From assembly GCA_029717555.1 (NCBI GenBank), contig JAMDHS010000022.1, positions 62,001-126,000 of the forward strand: 64,000 bases of DNA. The letters run 5' to 3'. How positions within the stretch are numbered: the first letter of the stretch is position 1; every line of letters begins with the position of its first letter. A model generated the notes under the pieces. It made no database searches, was not told where the DNA came from, and saw nothing but the letters and a program-made list of their open reading frames with translations. Of the stretch, positions 25,724 through 38,803 are shown in pieces. Both the position numbers and the translations under genes were made by a program. This DNA is from Peribolospora baueri. Its lineage: Eukaryota.

Positions 25724-28137
25724 TCAGAGCGTGTAGAAAAAGCCGGGACTCCGATCGCCGATAGGCGCCTTGGTCTTTCCTCTGCTGACCAACTCGTCAT
25801 ACCGCTCCACGTTCCCTTCCCGTCTCCCTTCTCTACGCGCACGGTTCTCCCAGATGCAGTAGACGACGTTGAGGAAGAAGGCGAGCCAGCCTAGGCAAAG
25901 ACAGCCGAGGACGATGGCGTGCCCTTGGCGGTAAGCTGGAGCGTCGGTCTGGCGGTAGGCGAAGGTGGCGACAAAGCTGGGTGATAGGAGCGGTGAGAGG
26001 TGGATATGGTCGACGCAAAGGGTGCAGAAGAAGGAAAGTGGATACGGGGGCGGTTGAGTACAGGCAGCGACGTATCATGGAATGCCAGGCCCCCGAATGA
26101 ACGCGTCATAAAGGTCGGATCGTCCGAGCACACACTCACCCGGCGCAATTGGCAATCATGAGCTGAAGAGCTGTGGACGTGGCCCTCTTGTAATGCCCGG
26201 CATGGTTGTTGGGAAGGATGCTGAGGATGCACGGAGCTGCTGGGTAGATGCCAAGGGCAACCAGGAAGACGCCTGCATCTGTTTCAAGGAACGGTGTGGA
26301 GAGGTGGCCGATACCGTGAAGGGGGGGTATGTCAGCGACCATCGACCATGGGGTGCAGCACTGTGCCGTGTAGAAACGGGAAGAGAAGGGCAGGAAGAGG
26401 AACCGCCTTACATCTTGCGCGGTTAGAGTTGGTGACGACAAGGATTATATACCCGGCGATGGAGATGGGCAAAAGGAAAAGGATGAGGGGTCCCCTCCAT
26501 TTGAGCCTGTCGGCGAGCACGGCGATGGCGACAGTGGCCACGGCGGCGGGTACATATGGCGGTACGGTGAAGAGTTGAGCATGAGTGCCCTTGTATCCCA
26601 TGCCGGTGATGATGGTGGGCAGGAAGAGAGAGTAGGAGTACAGCGAGCAGCACAGGCAAAGGTAGCCGATGCCGGTGAGCCACGACTGGATGTCGAAGAT
26701 GCCTCGTCGCACTTCGAGCCACTCTATCCCTTCGTCGTGGTGTGTTACCGTGGCCGGCGGGTTGACGTACGTGTCCGTGCCAGGCGCCCCCTTCTCCGTG
26801 TTGCGATTTCCGCCATCAGCGTGTTCGATGCGGGCCTCGGAAGACTTTTCGTCTTCAAGAACGACGGCGGAAGCAATGCCGTCGGTCGCATCTCCCTTTG
26901 GGATGGGAAGACCTCGACGAGCGGCGGCCATGTCCTTGGAGAGAGCGTGGAGCGCCCAGGCCCGCTCCTCCTCGGTTAGAAACTTTGCCTTCTTCACGCT
27001 CTCCGGCATTACTAGACTAGTGCCGATGCCGATGAGGACAGTGGCGATGCCCTCGATAATGAACTGATTGCAGAGGGGAGGGAGAGGGAAGCCAGATGCT
27101 AGGCAAGCGTCGGCATCCGTTTGGCGCGGAGCAGCGACCTGCGAGGACAAGGCACACTCACGATCCACCTCCAGCCAGCGAGGTTGCCAAGGCCATCCAT
27201 TTGCTCGAGGCCAGTGGCAAAGAGACCCTGAGAAAAGAAGCAAACGTCGAGGATCGGCACGTCAGGCGGGTGATGGAGTGCTTCGAACCGCATACTGCCC
27301 GTCCCGCAAGATCGTCCATCTCGTGCGACTTACTCCGAAAGCGCCGCTCAGCGATGCGGCGGAATAGAAGATGCCGATGCGCAGCTGTAGCTCGTGCCTC
27401 CGGTAAAGGGTAGAGAGATAGAGAACTGAAAGAGGCGGGATATAAAACAGAGGACGGGAGGCATTCAGCACACTCTTCTTGGCAGGTCGGCGGCAAGCGC
27501 TACGAGAGCACAGGAGAGATACCGGCGATCAGCTTCGTCCTCCCCATGGGAGCCGAGCCACTCACCCATCCCCGGCAACAGGCCGCCCTCACAAAAGCCG
27601 AGAACGGAGCGAATAACCAAGAGACCGGCATAGTTCTGCACGATTCCCGAGAGGGTGGTGACGAGGCCCCAAGCGGTGACGATGAGGGGGAGCCAGAAGT
27701 TGGGGCGCATGCGTTTGAGGACAAGGTTGGAAGGGATTTCGGATATGATGTAAAAGACCTGGAGGGGAGGTTGAGTGGGTAGAACGTTTTAGTCGCGGAA
27801 CCTCGATTCCTCGCAGGAACACAAGCCGAGCCGAGGGCCGAGGGGAACGGAGAGGGCTCACGTAGAAGATGGCCAGGGCGGTGTTAAACTGCGTGCCCTC
27901 CAAGTGCAGAGAGGTGGTCAAGCCGGCGATCCTAGCGTTTCCGACGTTGGACCGGTCGATGAAGTTTGCAAGCCAGAGCAGGGCCAAGGGGGGCAGGACG
28001 TGGATGTCGAGCTTGCGGAGCGTGGAGCGCCGGAGGCGCGCTGTCTCTTCCGAGTCGCTGTCGGCGGGGCGGTACGAGAGCTCATTTCGGTTGTCGTCTC
28101 TCGCCTCGTCCTCTGTCCGGACTTGTCCTGGCTCCAT
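25724..28137 (-). CDS. MFS transporter, anion:cation symporter (Dal5/Tna1 allantoate-nicotinate permease-like)
   Basis: LRKLDIHVLPPLALLWLANFIDRSNVGNARIAG, EIPSNL, RSVLGFCEGGLLPG, LAGWRW.FIIEG, SLFLPTII, AQLFTVPPY, NNHAGHYKRAT; C-terminus IGDRSPGFFYTL*. Confidence 0.92.
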
Positions 28138-29369
28138 GGTGCGATCCGGCGAGGACTGACGTTGGGAAGAGCTGAGGGAAGGAGCAAAGGTGGGTAGTAG
28201 AAGAGAAAAGGACCTGAACGAGCGACGTCCTCGCTGTCGCTGAGCTGGCTCTCGCCCCCGCCCCGCCCAGGCCCTCGCCTTGCTTAGATGCGCCCGTCCG
28301 CCCGGTCGTCCGTCCGTCGACTTGTCTGTGCCTGTCTTGTTCCCCGCACGTTTATGTTTACATAACTTGCATCTACAGTAACTCGACGAGCTATAGCGTG
28401 GGGTACTACCGGTCTCTAGCGCTTGTTTCGGCTGCGGCTCGCTTCCCCGGCCATTTCGTTCTCCCCAGGCACGACGGATAAGCGAGACGCGGAAATCGGA
28501 AAAGCGGAACTGAACTGGATTTCACGGCGCCTTCCGCCGCGCCGATCGCTTCCTGAGCGAGAGCCGCCCCCTTTGCGTCTTTCCCGCCTCCCAGTGCGTC
28601 GTCTGCCTCTTGCCCAACCACTGTGGACGTGCTTCTTCTCCTGCTCGCTTAGACGGTGGTGCCGTCGGTGGGTTCAGGTCGCTCGCTACATCCGCCGCCG
28701 TCGGCTTTCGGTCCGGCGATGGGGTTGCTTGCTCGGTGACATCATGCCCCTGAGCGCCGGTGTAGGGTTAGGGTTGCCTGAATTCCCACGCACCCACCTG
28801 CACGCCACGCCGTGCTTCTCTGCGTGGCGATCAGATGCAGGGTCCATCAGCCACTCAGATTCCACCAGCTCCATGCCCGTTCCCGTTCCCCTCCATCATC
28901 CTTCCTCCCCTGCTCTCTCTTTCTCTCTCTCTTGGGCTCTTCATATTGTTCATTGTCCTTTTTTCGGGTCCGGGAGGGCTGTAAAGGGTTGATCGGTCGG
29001 CTCAGTCAAGGGCAAGGGTCTCGGTCTCCCTCTCGCTTCCGCTGCCAAGTTTTCCTTCCCCTTCCATCCTTCCTTCTCCGCTCGGATATTGGGTCATTTT
29101 TGAGCGCTTCTTGGGCCTCTCCCCTTTCGGGCTTCCACTGCACAAAGTTTTCCTTCAATCCACCGTTGGACGGCTTCCCACGGAACGGACGGACAGACGG
29201 ACGGACGGACGAGTAGACTCGGTCTCCGTCGATCTCTTCGGCCCCGCGCTCGATCGACCTTGATGCAGCTCAGCTTCAAGTTCCTTTCCGATCGTCGGCG
29301 CTTCCTTTCGCGCTCATCTCGTACCGGCCCAATACAACTCCTTTTGTGCCGAACTCTCAAAATCCAGTC

Positions 29370-32300
29370 ATGAGCGGTGATGGCACGCCGCGCCAGGGAC
29401 ACCAGGTGGGCAATCGTCGTTTGGTCGGCGACGAAGTGTCCGGCATCGGCTTCGTACGGCCCTCGTTTCGATTCGTCTTGCTTCTCACACATGCTTTGGC
29501 CACCCCCCGCATTTGTTGCCCTTTCCGATTCCTCGCTTCCTAGAGCCCGAGCGGGACGCCCAGCCACAGCTCGTTTGCATCGCCGTCCTTTCCTCCCTCA
29601 GTGGCTCAAGCGGCGGCCATCGGCGGGGGCACGGGAACACCGGTCTCCCCTTCCGTATCCTCCTCCGCTAGCTCCTCCATCCCCCACGCGTTTCATTCGC
29701 CCCTGCATGCCCAGGCCTTTTCTAATCAGCTCGTCCAGCATGCCCTAGGCTCTTCTTCTTCCTCGGCGCACGCCTCGCCTCATTCCGCCCCGTCCATCTC
29801 GCGGAATCACTCCTCAGCCTCGCCTTCCCTGCACAGCGCCGCGTCCCCGTCCGGGCTCAGTACAGGCTCTGGTCCAAGGCAGCTGAGCAACATGGAGGTG
29901 GAGGCCGCAATCCAGCAGGCCACTCTGGGCGCTGTGGCGGCGACCAGTCCGAGGCCCGGAAGCGCTAACGTCGGTCACCGCTCCCCGTACTCTGCGCCCA
30001 GGAGTCCGTTTGGCACCCAGGATGGGCCCGGGGGTCCGAAAGACACTAGGACCCAGCTGTTCGTCGGCAACGTGAGCGCCTTGGTTCCTCTCCGCGCTTT
30101 CGTCGACTTTGTATTATCTTGACGTTGAACGCTGATCTCGACTGCTCGATGGCATAACCCAGCTGCCTTTCCGCGTCCGCTGGCAAGATCTTAAGGATCT
30201 CTTTCGCAAATCGGGCACCGTCTTACGTGCTGACGTAGCGCTTGGCTATGACAACCGTAGCAAAGGGCATGGTACTGTTCTACTCGCCAACGAGGACGAT
30301 GCCCGAAAAGCCATTGGTTGGTATCGCTCATTTCTCCAGCTTTTCTTCGTCATCGCATTTCTCCGCGCTGACGCGCTCATGTTTGCGACTTCATAGATAT
30401 GTACCACAACTATACCTGGCAAGGGCGCACTCTCGAGGTTCGCATCGATCGCTCTGGCCTTGATATAGACGGCAACCCCATACCCAATATGTACCCTTCC
30501 TCCCAGACGAGCCTTCCAGGCAGCAGTGGATTTTCTCTGGCAACTATGGCGGCGGCTGGGCCCGACCAAGGGGTGATGTGGCAGCCACCGATGCCGCATC
30601 CACAGGTGTCGACGGGGCAAGCATCACAGAGGAGCGCTTTTTCTCCCAACGTTGCTCCCGCCATGCCTGGTTCCAATCTGAACGCCAGATTGCCGGGAGG
30701 CAGTCCTGCTTTAAGTACCCCCTCGTCTATGACCCATGGGGCGCAAGCGCAAACTCTAGCCGACCATCGCGTGACCGGCTTTGGCGGATCGTTATCACCC
30801 CCTGTCTTGCCATCTGGGACTCCCTTTCTCTCTCAGGAGCCCACTCAGGCGAACACGACGCCTACCGCCATCCAAGCGAGCATGGCCGGATTGTCCTTCC
30901 TACAAGCACCTCAGCCGTCGCAGCAACACACGCCTCAGCTGCAAGCCCAGTCGGCGTTCGTCCAGACCGTGCCTTACCCTTCTGCCGTAGCAGCCCTGTC
31001 CGGTCAAATGGCGCTGGGAGGCTCGACTGATCCCTCAGATCGGAGGTCTAGCTCGACCACCCTTCCCAACCCGCAGCTACCGCCCCACCTGGCAAGCTTG
31101 GGTGTCGCCGCCGCTGCCGCCGCTGCCGGCTTGTCTCCCGGGGCCAATTTGAGATCAATTCAGGCGCCACAGAACTATGCTGGAAGAGTGCTTTTCGTGG
31201 GGAACGTGAGTGTGGTAGCAAATGGCCGTACACGGCAACAATAGACGATGACGACCTTCCGGACGTTTTGTGTCGCTGACAACTTTGCTTTTTCCGCCTG
31301 TTCAGCTCCCATTCTACTGCCAATGGCAAGATTTGAAGGACCTTTTTCGAGCGGCTGGAAACATTCAACGCGCAGACGTGGCGCTCGGGCAGGATGGACG
31401 GAGCAGAGGGTTTGGGACGGTTTTGTTCGCGACGCCTGAAGATGCCCAGAACGCTGTGAGGATGTACCATGGGTGAGTGCTCGGGGTTGTAGAGGCCCCG
31501 CTCGGCGTGTTTGGGGTTGTTGAGGCCTCACTCTGCTCAATTTCCGTTTACTCACCACACCTCGTCTTTCGATCGTAGATACGAATACAATGGTCGAACT
31601 CTGAAGGTCCACTTCGACAAGTTCGCTCAGATGCCAATGGCCCCAACGGCCCCGTCGAACGTACAGTACTCAACGCCCGCTCCGACGGGATACAGTACGG
31701 GTCCGTTGTCACCTGTTCTCGCCCCGAGCAGCCAGGCGCAGATCTATTTTCCGAACAACATGCCGCCTAGCGCACCTGCGCAGCAGCTTCAGTTCGCACA
31801 ACTTGTGGGCACGTCCGGCGAGAGCGTTCCGCGGAATCTAGTCCCAACCGGTCCTCTCACCTCCGCTGCGATGCCTGCGTCATCGATCCACGTGGCTCAG
31901 GGCACATCGGGGGCCATGCGATCCCAAATGGACTTGACGCCCATGCAGTTCGTTATGCCGTTACCGTCTCCCTCGCTTTCTGGTCCTCAGCCGCTGCCTT
32001 CGCCACTTCCTGCGACGACGGTGCACGGCACTCATCCTGCGCACCCTGGCCACATAGCGTTGCCGCCGGCCGCCTTCCCAGGAGCGATGCCCGGATCTCT
32101 GAGTCCGATGCAAAGTCGCGTTCCCATGACGCCTTCCATGCCAGGCTTCACTTTCCATCCCTACCCTCAGACGCCACCGCTCTATCCGCAGTTCCTTTCC
32201 CCCGGACTCGGCCCCTTGTCACCGGCGCTCGGCAGCCCACCTCTCTTCGGCCCCGGCGCTACGATGATCAATCCCGCCCCCGGCGCTCCCGTCCATATGG

Positions 32301-33508
32301 CCCCACCTCAAACCCCGCAGCATGCCCCTGGATTCAATCCGCTCTTTCCTGCTTACGGAGCCAACTCCGGCCCGTACGTAGGCTTGGGCCAGGTGGCGTC
32401 CCAGATGCAGGGTGGAGGCGGAGGCGGTGTTAGCGCGCATCGGAACACGTCTCACGGTCAAGCAGAGGGTCAAGCTAGTCGGCTCGCAGCGTCGACGAGC
32501 GCGGTGTCGGAGAGTTCCTCTGTGGACACCGCGGGAGGCGGCGGACAAGACGGATACCCTTTTCCGCTGGTCGTCACCAATTCCTCCACTTCGGTCCTCA
32601 AGACTTCGCAAGCTTCCTCCGCCGTCGTCTCTCCAGAGGGCAGCGCCGGCGCCGCTGGTACAGACGCCACGACGAATGCGACCAGCACCGGTTCCGCCGA
32701 GCCGCCGACCAGCTCTTCGCAATCTTCCGCCGCTGGATCCAAGGTCACATCGCCGATCACGCTTCCCCCTGGCGTGTCTCCACCCGCTTCGCTCGCTGGC
32801 ATCGCGGCAGGGGCGGACTCTGGCGTCGCCACTGCTGCGCTCACCAGTGCGATCGCCAAAATGTCCATCGCAGGCACGGCCTTGGCTGGACAGAGCGCCA
32901 AGCGCAGTCAGAGCATGAGTGCAGAGAGATCGGCGGCGTCTGTGATGGCCAGGTTGAGGAGCAGCGAGAGCGCGGGTAACGCGAGCGAACAGACGATCGC
33001 AAGTCCCGAATCTTCAAAGTCCGCTCGCGGCGGCGCTATATTCTCTCTCAGCCAAGCCTCTTCGCATGTCAGTGCGATTGCGTCAGCCGTCTCGTCCTCG
33101 GCGTTGGACTTGGGCAGCAACGCCGTAGACTTGCACTCGTCTCCTTCGGAAGTCACCCGCCCCGCGTCGTCTCAGAAGACAGCTCGAGTGGATTCGGACT
33201 TCTACATTCCCGTCATGCCCCCTACGCCCGGTGCCAATCCGCCTCCGCAGCCCAGCATGGGTCTGCTGAGGCAGAGCAGTGCCGACGCGTACCCGTTCGG
33301 AAAGACCGTCGGAGGCCTGGACGTCGAGCACCCCTCGAACGCCAACATCGCTCGTCCTGGGAGCGCTGGTGGTGGCGGCGGCATGTCAACCAACGGTCAC
33401 TTGCTTGGCGTCGGGCCCGAGGGAGGAAACGGGAGGGATGCGGAGAGGAGAGCCAGCTTCGGGGCAGACGAGATGGGGGGGAGGAGGAGCGGGTTCTTTG
33501 GCGTTTGA
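29370..33508 (+). CDS. RNA-binding protein with two Gbp2/Hrb1-like RRM domains and long low-complexity regions
   Basis: Exon 1 is 29370-29405 (MSGDGTPRQGHQ), with acceptor TAG at 29543. RRM1 [39 protein letters not shown]. RRM2 [55 protein letters not shown]. Confidence 0.85.
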
Positions 33509-34291
33509 AGGAAAAGGAAGGGAATCGGCCATGTCCGTGGCCGCTTTCTCTCATCTCTTTCTCGCCCCCGCTCTCTTCTCGCCCGTTCAGCTTCGTTTCC
33601 ATCTCTTCCTGGCCGGTCATTCCTACGTTCCCACTCGTTTACTCAACCTCAGCCCGACGTGCTTAGATTTCACATGCTTAGATTTCCTTTCATCAGGTTC
33701 TTTTTTTGTCGTCCTCTCTTGCACCTTGCCGTTTTTGTGTCCCTGTTTTATTTCTTTCTCGCATTTTCCTTCCTCCGTCCCTTCCGCCTCGTTTCCTCCT
33801 TCTTCCCCGCAAAACGCTCTCGCCAGTCCGTTTCCGAGTACATCGTATCACACCCCGCGTCTCCCCATCCCGTATCGTATCAACATCTTCTCAGGTACTT
33901 TCTGTCCGCGGCTCGCCATCCTGTCCTACGTCTTCGTGTGGCACCCTCCTTTTCGCCTCCTCTCTCCGCTTACCTTTGACGTTTACGAAGGTTCTCTCGA
34001 CTCGACTGCGCTGTACCTTCCATTTTGCCTCGTCGTTCAGAACATACCATGCGCGTGCAACCAAGAAGGTTTTTCATTGATGCCTTTCGTCGTCTCTCTT
34101 TGCCCGCTCCATCCGTCTCCGTAGCACTGACCATGTCGCTAGTCGGTCGAAGATAAGAAAGACACTGTATCCAGCGTGATCGAGAGCACGTGACGATGGC
34201 GATGGAACCTACGACGCTCCACCACGACTACCACTTCTTTCCGACCCACTTCAACGACAAGCCGCGGTCGGCGACATCGTGGTGGTCAAGG

Positions 34292-36460
34292 ATGGACAGC
34301 TTGAGCATCACGCAGAGATGGCTCAGGGACGTCACCCAGGGGCCGGTGAGTGTGGCCTTCAAAGCTAGGCTCCGATCAGATGCAACCATACGCCTCCAAC
34401 CATCTCGCTCAATCTTTCCGCCGTGCCTCCCTCCCTACCCCTTCCGCACCCCCTCCCGCCCATAAGTACGCACATCATGATCGAGTATTTGCAGATGCAG
34501 ATACAATTCTCCGAGCTTTTCCTTCTCTCCGACCCAAGACCGACTCGTACACCTACGACGACGGGCGGACGCAGCTCCTTCTCTGCCTCTTTGGCACCCT
34601 CCCCATCTCCTACCGCTCCGTCACCTACAACATCCCCGTTGCCTTCTGGCTTCCAAGGGACTATCCAGCCAGCCCACCTATGGCTTACGTTGTGCCAACG
34701 AGCGATATGCTTGTCCGGGCTGGAGAGCACGTCGAATTGAGCGGGAGGTGTAGGGTAGATTATCTGGACGTGTGGTCGCGGAAGAGCGAGGTGAGTGACG
34801 GATCTTTCTTCCCTTCACTGGGTCCTCGGGTGGGCGGTGGGGGAACGACGAGCGGCCCCCGTATGGAAGCCAGCCAGTGGAAAGCTTAATCAATGCTGTC
34901 GTTCGGCCATGCGGTTGCGTCGTGTCTCCCTTCTTTGTCATCCAGGCGTGCAACTTGCTCGACCTCGTCCGCATTCTACAAGACGTCTTCTCAAGGCAGC
35001 CGCCCTTGTACGCCAAACCGAAGCAGCTCTCTAATGTGTCTCCGCCCGCAGTGTGTTTGCCTTCAACGACATCTGCCGGACCACCCACACCTATCGATCC
35101 CCGTGAGCGACCTCCTCCGCCAACGCCTGCCGGACCCCCGCTTCCGTCGGCATCTTCCGGACCACCCACGCCTATCGATCCCCGCGAGCGACCTCCTCCA
35201 CCGACGCCCGCTGGACCCCCGCCTCCAACAACGTCCGCCACATCACCCACGCTCATAGATCCTCGTGAACGACCTCCTCCACCTACGCGGTTACCGCCTC
35301 GTCCTCCGCCGCCGCCAGAACAACCACAAAGCCCGATTCAGCCATCTTTTCCCTCGTTTATGGTCGCCAATCCTCCGCATACCCATCTGCATCAGCCGAG
35401 TACCATGTCCATTCCGGCCGACCATGCACAAAGCAATTATTCTCAGAGTCTCGTCACGTCCCCACAATCTTCCACTGCTCCCGCCGCCCCCGCTGCCGCC
35501 CCACAGGTACCTCCACCGCCTCGACCTCCAAACCCTGAGCTGTTGTCCTTGCATGCTCGCCTTCACGCCAAGCTGAGCACCCGTATAGCCCAGCTCACCA
35601 ATTCGCTCTCGGCGCAGAACGTCCAACTGGAAGCCCTGCGCTCCGACTTGGAGAGAGGCGAGCTGGCGATAAGGGACGAGATAGCGAGGCTGGAGGCTGT
35701 GAGGAGCGTGTGCGAGAGTGTGGGGAATAGGATGGAGGAGGTTGTCGGACTGGCGAGGGCGAGGGTGGAGGAGGTGGCAAGCAAGCCCGGGCCGGAACCG
35801 GATGAGCTGATTTGCTCGACGACGATCGTGTATAATCAGTGAGTACGGCGAGGGGTGAGGGTGATGGACGTAGGCCTTCACTTCCTCGTCTTCGGCCTTG
35901 ATTCGTTTGCTTCCCTCTCATGCTCGTGTTCACTCATTCATCACTCTCATCCCCTCATTCATTTCCTCCCTGTCCCTCGTTTATTGCATCGCCTGACCCG
36001 ACCGTCGGCTCTGCTTGGATACCGCGAACCTTCTGCGCCTCGTTCTTGTGTACTGGGCCCTCCGTTCCGTCTGTCCGTTCCCTCGCTTGTGCGCGCCAAG
36101 GCTCATCGATTTGGTCGCAGAGGACAACGCGATCGAGGACACGATGTATCACCTCGGAAGAGCTCTCAACTCGGAGCGCATCGATCTCGATCGCTTCCTC
36201 AAGGTGAGCGGTCTAGACGGTCCGGGCTGCGTTCCGACAGGCCTCGCGGGGCTTGGAATCTTGTCTTTGTGCCCTGCTCACAATGTCCGCTTTTGTGCCT
36301 TTCCTGTCTTGCAAACTTTTCTCTTCTGTCTCTCCCTAATCGACCTAAACCCAATCTACTTTCCACTCAGCAAATCCGTTTCCTAGCGCGAGAACAGTTC
36401 ATGAAGCGTGCCTTGACATACAAGATTCTCGACGGGCTGGGATGGCCCGCGACGACTTGA
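34292..36460 (+). CDS. VPS23: ESCRT-I subunit Vps23/Stp22/TSG101
   Basis: UEV domain LRPKTDSYTYDDGRTQLLLCLFGTLPISYRSVTYNIPVAFWLPRDYP..PPMAYVVPT, Pro-rich linker, coiled coil, and SB domain VYNQLIDLVAEDNAIEDTMYHLGRAL..IDLDRFLKQIRFLAREQFMKRAL. Confidence 0.95.
35078..35290 (+). repeat. 81-nt (27-aa) coding tandem repeat, ~3 copies, in the VPS23 Pro-rich linker
   Basis: Units start at 35078, 35159 and 35240, each encoding P(T/L)..IDPRERPPPPT. Confidence 0.9.
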
Positions 36461-36758
36461 TTGACGGGCTATCGAAACGGTGCATGTACACGTCATGATT
36501 TGCCTTGGCACATAGATGAATACATGAGTTCTTCATGCAATGCGCCGTACGTACACGTCACATGGTACCGTACATGGAAGTCCTGGTGTAGCTGGCACCT
36601 GGCACAATGGACGGCCTGCGGTGACGCACTATTTTGAAAATCGTGATTTCATGTCGATGAGAAGAGAGAAGGGGGCTAAAAAGAGGGAAGGAAAATCATG
36701 AAAGGCGTATGATACATGCACCTTGCGTTCAAACAACACCTGGTCTAGTCACGAATGG

Positions 36759-36799
<41 letters not shown>
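36759..36799 (+). repeat. poly(A)41 tract (poly-U in the 3' UTR of the minus-strand MAPR gene)
   Basis: Homopolymer ~40 nt downstream of the stop at 36839 on the minus strand. Confidence 0.95.
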
Positions 36800-36801
<2 letters not shown>

Positions 36802-36838
36802 AAGAAAGAAAGCATGCCTGTTTTCCGTCGCTCCTCGC

Positions 36839-38116
36839 TTATCCTCCGTGCGAGGCGCATTTCTCGGGTATGGGCGCATCGGGATCGATGGGAGGGTAGT
36901 GGACGGTGCCGACTCGAAAGTACTTTGCGTGGTTGGCGAAAAACCGGCGCCAGCCCTCGACGCTCTGCGATGCAGTGTGTCGAAGGGAAGATGTACGCAT
37001 GTTAGCGCCGTCCACTACTCCATTACGAACGCAAGTAACTTTTGAACCGAATTTAACAAAGCAACGTGGGAACAGGAGCATCGGCCCCTGCCCCCACTCC
37101 ACTTCTTGCGCCCTGTGAGGCAGAACACTCACGGCCAGCTCAGACTCGGTCAGACCCCTCAAATCATGCGTAGCGCCGGTGCGGAAACAGCCGGTGACGA
37201 ACGCCCTGCTGGCGTCCTTGCCCGCAAACACGCTGTATGACCCTCCCGGCCCGTAATGACGCCTTCCGGCGGTCACGTCGTAGACTTCGGACTTGATGGC
37301 AAGGTAAAGCGGTTTGCTCGGGTCACGACCATTGTACAGTGCTAGTTCGGCGGGTGTGAAGTGGCGGACGGGAGTCTGCTCCGAAGAAGGGGGAAGACAA
37401 ACAGAAACGGGGGAGAAAAGGCGGGAGGAACGGGTAGACACATGTGCAGACGTTTGGAGTGAGCTCCCGAGTGGTTCACGAACACCAAACGAAACCGGCC
37501 TGACCAAAATCTTGGAGAACGACCCAAGGTGCTCACGGGAAGATAAGTGTGATAATTCGTCCACTTGCCCTCATACCCCCACGTAAAGCTGCCCGTGACG
37601 AAGTACCCTCCGAAGAAGAAGCACAGCAAGCCGATGACGACCGTCTTGAGCGCCGTGCGGAAGAACGAGGAAGGCGACAATGATTGGTTCGCGTCCCGGA
37701 CATTGTCGTAAGCTCTACCGGGCTTTCCTCCTCCTTCTTTCTTCGCCTTTGCTTCGGCTTCCAAACGTTCCTTTTCGGCTTGTTCCTGGTGTGGCCGGGG
37801 CGATGGGGTGAGAGGGTAAAGAAGGAAACAGAAAGGTCGGCAAAGGAGACAAGTAGAAATGAGTCTGGCAAGGCCAACGCGCCGAACGCCCTGCATGGGA
37901 CGGGGGCAAGGTGGGGCAGGGTTAGGACAGGGGCATGACGGATGGTAAAAAACTCACGGCCAACCATTTCTGATGGACGTAGAAAGGCAAATTGGCCTTC
38001 TTGTCGGCCACCTTCTTGCCCGTCTTGAGTGGGTCATCCACCGCCGGCACCGTCTTCGTGTCTTGTTCGGCCAAGGCTGCTGTTGAGCTGAAGAAGAAGG
38101 AGGGGAGACCGGACAT
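36839..38116 (-). CDS. Cytochrome b5-like heme/steroid-binding (MAPR/Dap1/neuferricin-like) membrane protein
   Basis: TM segment VVIGLLCFFFGGYFVTGSFTWGY. Cyt-b5 domain FTPAELALYNGRDPSKPLYLAIKSEVYDVTAGRRHYGPGGSYSVFAGKDASRAFVTGCF..THDLRGL, then WRRFFANHAKY..VG. Confidence 0.9.
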
Positions 38117-38629
38117 GGCGGGTGTGCCTGACGTGAGATGGTGGTCGTGATCGTGGTCGTGTGGGTGGACTGACGTTCGAGGATGACAGTATTCTAGATT
38201 CGATCACGCCCTCCAGCTTGCGGGGCGTCTATGTGCGCGTTATATCCGTTCGACCGCGAGCGTTATCCAGAAACTTTCCGATTGCCCTCGTCCTTCTTCC
38301 TATCGCCGGCACGCTCATCCTCCGTCTCTGGATCGCCCGTATCTGTACGTGTGTTCCGCTCCCCGTCCCGGTTGGGCGCAGCCGTCAGGGCGGTCATTCG
38401 CGGAGAGTCGGTCCGGCCATACGACCTGGATGCCGCTTGTGGTCGTGTCCGGCGTCAGCCCGGTTATCGCGACGCATCGTGTGAGCCATGACGGTCGAAA
38501 TGAATCAACAGGATCCTAGGTATCTGCCTCTTTCCGATCCCATTATTAGTGCCTCGCTCAGAATGCGATCTGTCCGACGGGGCACCGCGAGACCGCGAAT
38601 GATCCATTCAGACCATGAATTCGAACCAA

Positions 38630-38716
38630 AGGGAGTGACTCCAAACCAGACGAGACGATACACATCAGAGGGAGGGAGTGACTCCAAACCAGACGAGACA
38701 ATACACAGCAGAGGGA
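38630..38716 (+). repeat. 43-bp tandem duplication
   Basis: AGGGAGTGACTCCAAACCAGACGAGAC(G/A)ATACACA(T/G)CAGAGGG occurs twice with 2 mismatches. Confidence 0.9.
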
Positions 38717-38803
38717 TGAAATGATCAACAAAGGCCATGACGAAGTCCATAAGACTTGGCGTGCCACCGTGGGGTGCGATATCGAAGCGAGCATTCGGTA
38801 GCA

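Noticed and set aside
33279..34124. 281-aa hydrophobic ORF after the RRM gene
   Set aside because: Translation of a pyrimidine-rich 3' UTR (Phe/Ser/Leu/Pro bias) with a non-ATG start.
956..36460. Ubiquitin-system cluster (two F-box genes, DSC3, VPS23)
   Set aside because: The genes are interspersed with unrelated ones over 35 kb, which is compatible with chance.
36759..36799. Poly(A) tract as a retrotransposon or retrocopy tail
   Set aside because: No upstream intronless copy, RT remnant or target-site duplication seen. Homopolymers and microsatellites are common throughout the window.
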